A stretch of 62,491 nt of DNA, counting the filler. It is 4 parts of 4 records of this genome, joined end to end, with 100 filler letters (N's around TTAATTAATTAA, not from the genome) between each part and the next. Parts side by side here need not be neighbours in the genome. Positions count along the whole stretch, not along the records: positions 1 to 21,491 come from SRR2962707_1798; 3 more parts are not named here. One strand, written 5' to 3'. Under the pieces are notes generated by a model that worked only from the letters and a program-made list of their open reading frames with translations, made no database searches and was not told the DNA's origin. Below are positions 1 through 7,507 of the stretch, one piece after another. A program made the position numbers and the translations under genes. Each line of letters begins with the position of its first letter. Within the stretch, counting starts at the first letter, position 1.

Positions 1-306
1 GTCATCAGGGATGCTAGCTATTATCGTCGGCGCTGGTCATTCATTAATGGTTTGTTCAGTTTCGTGTTCCTGGTTGCCGGTACGGTGGCATTCTATTTCG
101 ACAATGTGACGCTACCTGGACGCACGGGACTCGCTGAGTTTTCGGGTAAGTGGGCCCACGGGGTAGGGGTGGCTTCCTTTTTTATTGCCGCCTATTGGAT
201 TTATATGTCGCTAAAGGAGTATCGAGTCTCTTTACTCATACTCATAGCGCCGTTTTTAGCTGCGGCGGCGGTGTCGGCAACTTTGCTCGCCATCAAGTAT
301 GGTTAA
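1..306 (+). CDS. Small membrane protein, 5'-truncated (cassette-like ORF)
   Basis: Frame is open from base 1 (VIRDASYYRRRWSFING...). Three hydrophobic segments. The stop TAA overlaps an attC-like GGTTAAC. Confidence 0.6.
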   Translation, partial: VIRDASYYRRRWSFINGLFSFVFLVAGTVAFYFDNVTLPGRTGLAEFSGKWAHGVGVASFFIAAYWIYMSLKEYRVSLLILIAPFLAAAAVSATLLAIKYG

Positions 307-384
307 CAAGTTGTTGTAGCCCATTCCGTCCTGTGGCCTCCACCGGACGCCCTTGTCAGGGCACTGCTTATTTCAGCATTAGAA
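301..384 (+). mobile_element. Degenerate attC-like recombination site
   Basis: GGTTAAC, 5 nt, GTTGTAGC ... GCTTATT, TCAGC, ATTAGAA. The R' box has lost its G. Internal imperfect hairpins are present. Confidence 0.55.
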
Positions 385-408
385 CCGCAACCCTGAGGGG
401 CTAGTAAT

Positions 409-900
409 TTGAGAAAAGTATTAATGAGTGCATGCCTTTTAGGTAAAAAGGTCAGATACGATGGTGGAAGCCTTTCGGTGCACGATCAACTTGTGGAGAA
501 GTGGGTATCTGAAGGCCGGATCGTTTCCGTCTGCCCGGAAGTGGAGTCCGGGATGAGTACCCCCAGGAAGCCTGCGGAGATCTTCGGAGGTAGCGGAACC
601 AGTGTGTTAGACGGTGAAGCTGACGTTTTTGAAAAAGGCGGAGATGTTGTCACCGATGATTTTATCGCAGGTGCCTCCATTGCTTTGGAGCTGTGCAAAA
701 AGTTCAACATTGAGATAGCCGTACTGGCTGAGTCCAGTCCTTCTTGCGGCAGCTCTTTCATCTATGATGGTAGCTTTTCAGGTAATCGGACTCCTGGCAT
801 CGGGGTTACGGCCGCGTTGCTGCGTCGGCATGGTATTCAGGTGTTTAGCCAACATGAGATAGCGGATGCCAACAAGGCCATCCACGCGACGAGTGCGTGA
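409..900 (+). CDS. DUF523 / 2-thiouracil desulfurase (TudS)-like protein
   Basis: SACLLG, CPEV and SPSCG Cys motifs of DUF523. The C-terminus reads into the following attC. Confidence 0.85.
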   Translation: MRKVLMSACLLGKKVRYDGGSLSVHDQLVEKWVSEGRIVSVCPEVESGMSTPRKPAEIFGGSGTSVLDGEADVFEKGGDVVTDDFIAGASIALELCKKFNIEIAVLAESSPSCGSSFIYDGSFSGNRTPGIGVTAALLRRHGIQVFSQHEIADANKAIHATSA

Positions 901-915
901 TGGTGGGCGTTATGA
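867..915 (+). mobile_element. attC site (very short, 49 bp)
   Basis: R'' TGCCAAC (867-873), 5 nt, L'' CATCCACG (879-886), L' CGTGATG (896-902), 6 nt, R' GTTATGA (909-915). L'' equals the reverse complement of L' plus one extra C at position 4. Confidence 0.8.
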
Positions 916-1072
916 AGCAAGTTTTCGGCAAAGTGTTCGGAATCGGTGATGGCAATGAACACGGGATCATTTGAAAGACTACGAAACCGGTTACTGAAGA
1001 GCTTTCTATTGTAGTTCGTTCCGGACTGGAGCTTACATCGGGTGCTCCTGTGGGGCACGGTAAGGAGAGCAG

Positions 1073-1669
1073 ATGAAAATTTACGGTGATGCCAAATCCG
1101 GCAACTGCTACAAAGTTCAGCTGGTGTGCAACCTCCTGAACATCGACCACGAGTGGATTGAGGTCGATATTCTGGCTGGCGACACCAGGTCCGAAGATTT
1201 CTTGCGAAAGAACCCCAATGGCAAAATACCTTTGCTTGAACTCGATGGGGGCGAGACGCTTTCCGAGTCCAACGCCATTATCAACTTCCTGGCAGGCGGA
1301 TCGGCGCTATACCCCGAGGGTGGGCTGGCTCAAGCGCGTATCCTGCAGTGGCAGTTTTTCGAACAATATAGCCATGAGCCTTATATCGCGGTAGCCCGCT
1401 TCATCAATAAGTACCTTGGGCTGCCTGATGACAGAGCTGAGGAATATGCGTCGAAGCAAGCCGGCGGCCACAAAGCGTTGCGAGTGATGGAGCAGCAGCT
1501 TCAGAAAACGCCTTATCTCACAGGGGAGCATGCGACCACGGCAGACATCTCGCTTTATGCCTACACCCACGTAGCTCACGAGGGCGGCTTTGAACTGGCA
1601 GACTATCCGGCGATTCTGGCATGGCTGAAGCGTGTGGCTTCGTTGCCAGATTTCAAGCCGATGGCCTGA
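1073..1669 (+). CDS. Glutathione S-transferase family protein
   Basis: SGNCYKV, NPNGKIP, LSESNAI and TADISLY motifs. RBS AAGGAG. Confidence 0.92.
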   Translation: MKIYGDAKSGNCYKVQLVCNLLNIDHEWIEVDILAGDTRSEDFLRKNPNGKIPLLELDGGETLSESNAIINFLAGGSALYPEGGLAQARILQWQFFEQYSHEPYIAVARFINKYLGLPDDRAEEYASKQAGGHKALRVMEQQLQKTPYLTGEHATTADISLYAYTHVAHEGGFELADYPAILAWLKRVASLPDFKPMA

Positions 1670-1762
1670 GGCCATTGGCTTTTCTGAGCTTTCCAATCCA
1701 GTGAACCGGATGCCCGCGTCGGGCGCTTAACAACAGCCTTGTATGAACTAAAGGGATTGTTT

Positions 1763-2647
1763 ATGCATAGATCGATAGTGTTGGTTGTGTTGTCTTTCCT
1801 CCTGCTGACAGGCTGTGCCTCTCACCAGATACCTGTCAGGCACAAGGTTGCCCTGTCTTCTGACTCAGAACGAATCGCTTATGACGTGGTCGGGAGTGGA
1901 AAAACGGCTCTGGTGTTTATCCACGGCTGGAGTTGTGACGGACGTTACTGGCAGCAACAAATACCGGCGTTTGCCGGCGATTATCAGGTGATTACGGTTG
2001 ATCTGGTGGGCCATGGGCACTCATCGGTTGGCCGCTCTGATTATTCGATGGTGGCTTTCGCTCACGATGTGAAGGCCATTGTCGATCAAGAGCGCATTGA
2101 ACGTGCCATTCTTGTAGGGCATTCGATGGGCGGTGCGGTGATTGCCGAAGCAGCCAGATTGATGCCGGCCAGAGTTGTTGGTGTGATAGGGGTTGATACC
2201 TTACAGAACGTTGCGGAGCGAATTCCCCAAAGTGTCGTTGATGAAATGGCTCAGCCCTTTGAAGCTGACTTTACGATGGCGGTAAAGGATTTTGTCGCAC
2301 CTATGTTTCCGGAAGGTACCGATGAGACCTTGGCTGCCTGGGTGAAAGAAGATATGTCTTCTGCGCCAAAGGCCATTGCCTTGAACGCTTTCCGAAACTA
2401 TCTGGAGCGATACGTCACTGGCGAATCGGCCACTGCGTTTGATGAGGTCAGGGTTCCCGTCATCTCGATAAACGCCAGGTTGTGGCCGACAGCGCTGGAA
2501 GAGAATAGAAAACACATTGATGATTACCAGCTTATGTACATTGAGGATGCTGGCCATTTCCCGATGTTGGAAAGGCCTGAGGCGTTCAATGAGCTTTTGA
2601 AACAGGCCATTGATTCGATCGAGGAAAAGGGCAGTAAACCCATTTAA
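1763..2647 (+). CDS. Alpha/beta hydrolase lipoprotein
   Basis: Lipobox LTGC, HGW oxyanion motif, GHSMG nucleophile elbow, catalytic GHF. Confidence 0.88.
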   Translation: MHRSIVLVVLSFLLLTGCASHQIPVRHKVALSSDSERIAYDVVGSGKTALVFIHGWSCDGRYWQQQIPAFAGDYQVITVDLVGHGHSSVGRSDYSMVAFAHDVKAIVDQERIERAILVGHSMGGAVIAEAARLMPARVVGVIGVDTLQNVAERIPQSVVDEMAQPFEADFTMAVKDFVAPMFPEGTDETLAAWVKEDMSSAPKAIALNAFRNYLERYVTGESATAFDEVRVPVISINARLWPTALEENRKHIDDYQLMYIEDAGHFPMLERPEAFNELLKQAIDSIEEKGSKPI

Positions 2648-2688
2648 CTGCCGGGCAGGGCATGCTTGGTGGCACGCGGGAATTCTGA

Positions 2689-3357
2689 ATGAGCAGCAGC
2701 TCCAATAAACCATCCGAGTTGGCGCAAAGCTGGATAACGAATGCCGAACTCTGGACCTCGGCGGTCCGCGACGGCGATATCGAAAGTCGCCGCCTGGTGA
2801 CTGACCAGGCCATGGTCAACGCCGTGCTCGCCCAACATCCGAGGCGGGTGCTTGACTTGGGGTGCGGAGAAGGTTGGCTGGTACGGGCGCTCGCCAGTCA
2901 TGGTGTTGATTGCGTCGGGGTGGACGGCTCCCCCGGGTTGATTGAAGCGGCCCGGTCCCTTGGGGGAGGACGATTCCACGTCTGTACCTATTCTGAGCTT
3001 GTCGACGATGCCCGGAAGATAGGCCACGACTTTGATGTGGTGTCTGTGAACTTCGCGATCCTCCATGAAGACGTGGCCGGGTTATTGCGGGCTCTCCGGC
3101 CGTTGCTTGCTCCTCGGGGAAGAATGGTCATGCAGACGGTGCATCCCTGGTTGGTGAGCGGCCCCTATCTCGACGGTTGGCGCAATGAGGATTTTCGGGA
3201 TTTCCCGGGAACATGGCAATCCATGCCCTGGTACTTTCGCACGCTCGGCTCCTGGGTAGCGTTGTTCCGGGACTGCGGTTACTCCATCATAGAACTAACC
3301 GAGCCTCGTCACCCATCCACGGAGCTGCCTTTGTCTCTTCTGGTCGTAGTGGAATAA
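2689..3357 (+). CDS. Class I SAM-dependent methyltransferase
   Basis: VLDLGCGEG motif I and GVDGS. Confidence 0.88.
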   Translation: MSSSSNKPSELAQSWITNAELWTSAVRDGDIESRRLVTDQAMVNAVLAQHPRRVLDLGCGEGWLVRALASHGVDCVGVDGSPGLIEAARSLGGGRFHVCTYSELVDDARKIGHDFDVVSVNFAILHEDVAGLLRALRPLLAPRGRMVMQTVHPWLVSGPYLDGWRNEDFRDFPGTWQSMPWYFRTLGSWVALFRDCGYSIIELTEPRHPSTELPLSLLVVVE

Positions 3358-3456
3358 AAAAAGAAGAGCAACACCGCAATTTTATGAATAACTCAAGACT
3401 ATGTTGTGAGTTCAGAACTGGGAGAGGCCCCTCGTAATCAACGGGTTAAGCCGCAT

Positions 3457-3804
3457 ATGAAAAAGCTCATTGTCATCGCTTTTTTTTCGTTTTCTGCCTC
3501 GGCGGCGGAGCTGGCAACAGAGAGGTTCATCGTCAATATAGAATCTCGCTGCGCTGAAGGCGAGGTTTCGTGCAACCAAATGACCTATCACGGTACAAGC
3601 AAGGCAACAGGAAATAGCATCATGCTGGAAGGGAGTTCCTGGCACACACTCTGTGCCGACGGCGATACTCCCTGCCGTTTTCTTGGGTATAAGTTTGAGA
3701 ATGGAAATACCACGTACTACGTGCATCAGGATGGATTGCTTGAAGTTATACGTAACCGGGATGAGGTATTAGTCCGGGAACGGGGCAGCTGGCGAAAGGA
3801 ATGA
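3457..3804 (+). CDS. Secreted hypothetical protein (cassette-like)
   Basis: Signal peptide MKKLIVIAFFSFSASA and paired Cys. The ATG lies 5 nt after a GTTAAGC (GTTRRRY) core site at 3445-3451, with no RBS. Confidence 0.7.
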   Translation: MKKLIVIAFFSFSASAAELATERFIVNIESRCAEGEVSCNQMTYHGTSKATGNSIMLEGSSWHTLCADGDTPCRFLGYKFENGNTTYYVHQDGLLEVIRNRDEVLVRERGSWRKE

Positions 3805-3807
3805 TCT

Positions 3808-4227
3808 ATGAAGGGCGAATGTCTCTGTGGAAATGTAAAGTTTGAAATCACAGAGGAAATCCGAAACCTCTATCAGTGCCACTGTTCGCTCTGCCGAAAA
3901 GCCACTGGAGCGGCGGCGAATGCCGCAACTTTTGTAAATGAGCATGCCTTTCGTTGGGTTTCCGGTGAGAGTGGTATACGCAGTTACAAGAAGCCCAGTG
4001 GGTTCAGAAGCGATTTTTGCTCGGTCTGTGGCAGTCCGGTTCCTAATAGTCTGAGGGACAGCGGGATGGTCTGGATTCCTGCTGGATTGATGGAAGAGAC
4101 TCTTACGTCGAAGATATCTGTTCATCTTCACACAGAGTCTGCTGCATCCTGGGAAGAAGAATCGGCTCGGTGTGTGCGATTGGCCGGCGGGCCTGAAAGC
4201 TTGGAAACACTTGATAGAATGTTGTAG
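3808..4227 (+). CDS. GFA (glutathione-dependent formaldehyde-activating) family protein
   Basis: GxCLCG, CHCxxC and FCxxCG zinc motifs. Confidence 0.9.
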   Translation: MKGECLCGNVKFEITEEIRNLYQCHCSLCRKATGAAANAATFVNEHAFRWVSGESGIRSYKKPSGFRSDFCSVCGSPVPNSLRDSGMVWIPAGLMEETLTSKISVHLHTESAASWEEESARCVRLAGGPESLETLDRML

Positions 4228-4254
4228 CCCGTTCTAGCCTCCACTGAACTTTTT

Positions 4255-4321
4255 GATAGCAGCAACATCGATTTTTTCCATGGTCATCCTGGTGTCGAAG
4301 GCAGGCTTGGCAACAGCGGGG
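4255..4321 (-). repeat. Diverged 67-bp copy of the 3' end of the VOC gene (5004-5070)
   Basis: Manual ungapped alignment gives 59/67 identical bases. Confidence 0.85.
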
Positions 4322-4425
4322 TAGGTAATTGGTAATTCCATCTCCAGGTTCGGGGGGGGGGCATTGAGCCGCTGAAGGTGATCTCAGGGTTCTCCCGCCT
4401 GTAACTATTTGGATTCAAAGCAAAC

Positions 4426-4617
4426 ATGGAGGTCTTGGCTAAGATTGTAATCAGCGTGGTGGGTAGTTTTCTGACCTACTATATCGTCAGCAATGCGGCA
4501 AAGAGATCATCAACTGCTGAGACCGGCGGTAAGCTTTTCTTCGGTTGGTTCCTTATATTGACCAGCTTGGCGTCTAGTTTACAGGGCTGGCGGTACTTCT
4601 TGCAGGAGGCAGTATGA
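4426..4617 (+). CDS. Small hydrophobic ORF, possibly a truncated gene
   Basis: 63 aa, two hydrophobic stretches, ATGA overlap with the next gene. Confidence 0.35.
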   Translation: MEVLAKIVISVVGSFLTYYIVSNAAKRSSTAETGGKLFFGWFLILTSLASSLQGWRYFLQEAV

Positions 4618-4910
4618 TTCGGGTTGTTTACCGTTGGAAAGTTAAGGAAGAGAACTTCGCGGACTTCAAGAAGGTTTGGGTTCGCACCACCAACCATATC
4701 CATGAAACCGTGCCCGGAGCCCTGGGTAGCTTTATGCTCCGCAGTCCTGAGGACAAAACCGAGGTGCTCACCGTCGCGAAATGGGATTCCGTGGAAAGCT
4801 GGAAAGCATTCTGGAGCGGGGAAAACCCTGCGCAGATGGTGGGCATGCGGGCACTGGGGGAGCGCGTTTCAGTGATGCACTATGAGGAAGTCGAAGACTT
4901 TACCCGTTAG
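4614..4910 (+). CDS. Antibiotic biosynthesis monooxygenase (ABM) family protein
   Basis: 98 aa with PGALGS...AKWDSVESW pattern. RBS GGAGG. Confidence 0.75.
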   Translation: MIRVVYRWKVKEENFADFKKVWVRTTNHIHETVPGALGSFMLRSPEDKTEVLTVAKWDSVESWKAFWSGENPAQMVGMRALGERVSVMHYEEVEDFTR

Positions 4911-4982
4911 CTCTGGCTGCAAAGCGTCAATCGACCAGCCAGTGGCGTTTCTTGCTCCCATCACTTGATCCAGGTGTGGCTC

Positions 4983-5465
4983 TCAGGGGCCAACCGCTGC
5001 CTCGATTGCAGCAATATCGATTTTTCCCATGGTCATCATGGCGTCGAAGGCACGCTTGGCAACATTGGGGTCCGGGTTATTGATCGCCTCGGTAAGGGCC
5101 ACAGGGGTTATCTGCCACGAAAGTCCCCACTTGTCTTTGCACCATCCGCACGCACTTTCCTCGCCCCCGTTATCGACTATGGCATGCCAATAGCGATCTG
5201 TTTCTTCCTGATCCCAAGTCGCAATCTGGAAAGAGAAGGCCTCGTTATGCTGGAAGGCGGGGCCGCCGGTGAGCCCAAGGCAGGGAACGCCAAGCACCGT
5301 AAATTCAACCGTTAAGATGTCGCCCCTGGATCCGGCGGGATAATCCCCGGGTGCGCGCAATATCCTGCCGACTGAGGAATCGGGGAAGATGCTGGTATAA
5401 AACTGAGCGGCCTCCTCAGCCTGGCCGTTGAACCAGAGGCAAATGGTATTTCTCGGATGTGTCAT
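4983..5465 (-). CDS. VOC family protein (PhnB/3-demethylubiquinone-9 3-methyltransferase-like)
   Basis: ICLWF, AEEAAQFY, CGWCKDKWGLSWQI and KIDIA motifs. RBS AGGAGG upstream of ATG 5465. Confidence 0.9.
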   Translation of the reverse strand: MTHPRNTICLWFNGQAEEAAQFYTSIFPDSSVGRILRAPGDYPAGSRGDILTVEFTVLGVPCLGLTGGPAFQHNEAFSFQIATWDQEETDRYWHAIVDNGGEESACGWCKDKWGLSWQITPVALTEAINNPDPNVAKRAFDAMMTMGKIDIAAIEAAVGP

Positions 5466-5539
5466 GGCAATAACCCTCCTGGACGTTTGGTTTGTGTCTA
5501 TGAGTCTAGTCGGTTGGGAATGGTCGAAATCGACAACGG

Positions 5540-6496
5540 CTATCGGCAACTATCCAGAAGGCGAGTGGCGTGCGCCTTTACCGCGTGTTTGAGCTCAGCA
5601 GGGGAATGAATGGTGAAAGCAAAGGTCAGCTGGGCTAGCCAGCTGGCGAACCACTCGAAGCTGTCGACGTGGGTTTCCATCAAAAGGCCATCGGCAGTTT
5701 GCTGAATGCCATCACGGCAGTATTCGCCGGGATCAAATAATGAGGCTAGCGTTGCAGGATCGGTATGAAAGGTCAGGGATACCGCGTGGGTATTGTTCCA
5801 GGCCATGAAGCTCTGGTGCAGGAATTCTGCGGCATCAAAATCTGCAGGCCGTGTGAAGCGGTCTGCGAGCAGCTGAACCTCGCTGATTCGGTCCAGTCGG
5901 AATGAGCGCATGGCCGACCGGAGATGGCAAAATCCCGTGACATACCAGCGCCCCTGTCTGAAAACCAGGCCGTAGGGGTCGATGTTCCGCTCCATTTCGG
6001 GGTGTTGTGGAGCGTGGTATATGAAATGGACTGAACGAGCGGTTTCTGTGGCAGTGGCCAGTGTGTCCAGTGCATGTTCATCCAGATTGGGCTCTTTGCG
6101 CGGCAGGATTACTCTGGCTGTCTCGCTGATGGCCCGAGCCCGACCTTTTAGCTTGTCGGGCATTACCCGCTCAAGTTTGGCCTGAACACTGGCAATAGCG
6201 GGCGCTGCATCGGTCAATCCAAGTTGCTTCGCGGAAAGCAGGCCCAGCGAGATCGCCAGCGTTTCCTCGTTGGTGAACATCATCGGCGGTAGTTTGAAGC
6301 CCGCCACCAGTCTGTACCCACCGTAGCGTCCCTGTTCTGTCATCACAGGGATACCCAGATCCTCCAGTATCCGGATGTAGCGCCGAACCGTGCGCCGGTT
6401 TACGCCCAGCCGTTGCGCTAACTCCCCTCCGCCCAACTGGCCATGAGCCTGAAGTAGTTCCAGAACAGTCAATACACGGGTGGTTGGGCCAGACAT
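5540..6496 (-). CDS. YafY-type HTH-WYL transcriptional regulator
   Basis: N-terminal wHTH (LAQRLGVNRRTVRRYI), GRYGGY, WYL domain PYGLV...WYV...RSFRLDRI. Confidence 0.92.
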   Translation of the reverse strand: MSGPTTRVLTVLELLQAHGQLGGGELAQRLGVNRRTVRRYIRILEDLGIPVMTEQGRYGGYRLVAGFKLPPMMFTNEETLAISLGLLSAKQLGLTDAAPAIASVQAKLERVMPDKLKGRARAISETARVILPRKEPNLDEHALDTLATATETARSVHFIYHAPQHPEMERNIDPYGLVFRQGRWYVTGFCHLRSAMRSFRLDRISEVQLLADRFTRPADFDAAEFLHQSFMAWNNTHAVSLTFHTDPATLASLFDPGEYCRDGIQQTADGLLMETHVDSFEWFASWLAQLTFAFTIHSPAELKHAVKAHATRLLDSCR

Positions 6497-6554
6497 GGGC
6501 GCCTCCGGGGAGCTGAATCAGCCGTCAGATGATGCCACGAATTATTTCATTTAT

Positions 6555-6575
6555 TTAGGACGGATTCTTGCCTAA
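6555..6575. promoter_or_regulatory. Candidate operator for the WYL regulator
   Basis: Imperfect inverted repeat TTAGGACGGATTCTTGCCTAA in the divergent WYL/GST intergenic region. Confidence 0.45.
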
Positions 6576-6642
6576 TTGCCGCATAAGCTGGCGCTGCAGT
6601 ACACACAATCACGAAAACAACTGGCAGGAAAAGGAGATCAAT

Positions 6643-7278
6643 ATGTCAGATCTGACGCTTTATACCCATCCCATGTCCCGCGGGCGCGTGGTTCGATGGA
6701 TGCTGGAGGAAGTGGGTGCCGATTATACGGTGAAAACACTGGAGTTTGGCGGGGATATGAAAGGGCCGGAATACCTGGCCATTAACCCGATGGGCAAGGT
6801 GCCCGCTATCAAGCATGGCGACGTGGTGGTGACTGAAGTCGCCGCGATCTGTGCCTGGCTGGCCGATCGGTTCCCGGAAAAGAATCTGGCTCCCGGGCTC
6901 CACGCACCGGAGCGTGGCGGGTATTACCGCTGGCTGTTTTTTATGGCGGGGCCTTTTGAAATGGCGAGCAGCGCCATCGCTTATGATTGGCGGATCGATA
7001 GCAGCAACGAGCAGGCTGTAGGATGTGGGCCAGTCAACGACAGTATTAAGGTACTGGAACAAGCGCTGGCAAAAACTCCCTATATCTGCGGTGATCAGTT
7101 CACGGCTGCAGATGTGCTGGTGAGTAGTTACCTTTGGTGGGAAATGATGCAGGAAAACATCCCCAGGCTTGATGTGTTCCGGGAGTACACCGACAGACTG
7201 GAAAGCCGGCCAGCGGCCAGACGTGCCAACGCACTGGACGATGAACTGGCAGAGCAGCTCAAAGCCGCAGTGGTCTGA
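6643..7278 (+). CDS. Glutathione S-transferase family protein
   Basis: HPMSRG, INPMGKVP and FTAADV motifs. RBS AAGGAG. Confidence 0.92.
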   Translation: MSDLTLYTHPMSRGRVVRWMLEEVGADYTVKTLEFGGDMKGPEYLAINPMGKVPAIKHGDVVVTEVAAICAWLADRFPEKNLAPGLHAPERGGYYRWLFFMAGPFEMASSAIAYDWRIDSSNEQAVGCGPVNDSIKVLEQALAKTPYICGDQFTAADVLVSSYLWWEMMQENIPRLDVFREYTDRLESRPAARRANALDDELAEQLKAAVV

Positions 7279-7384
7279 TTTTGCCGGCTCTGAGATACGG
7301 GGCATGACAACCGTGCCGGGCAGTCCTGCTTGAGACGGCCCAGCACGGTTACAGGCATCACCGGAGTCGTTCGCAAGGGGGCAT

Positions 7385-7493
7385 CTGGTATGTACCAGTT
7401 GTCATGAATCTTTAAGGTGACCGCAACACAATAATCACAGGACTGACACTTTCTCCCTCTATTTTGGTAGGTACCAAAACTGGTATATACCAA
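7385..7493 (+). promoter_or_regulatory. Pho-box promoter with three PhnR-type operators
   Basis: Operators CTGGTATGTACCAG (7385), TTGGTAGGTACCAA (7464) and CTGGTATATACCAA (7480). Heptamers in 11-bp phase at 7399, 7410, 7421, 7432 and 7443 (TTGTCAT...CTGACAC). -10-like TATTTT at 7460. Confidence 0.8.
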
Positions 7494-7507
7494 TAAAGGA
7501 GAGTTTC

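Noticed and set aside
4352-4361. G10 tract as a phase-variation switch
   Set aside because: It lies in decayed intergenic DNA with no clear gene or promoter affected.
4983-5465. PhnB-like VOC gene as part of phosphonate catabolism
   Set aside because: The name is historical. I saw no Pho box or operator, and it is linked to the WYL regulator.
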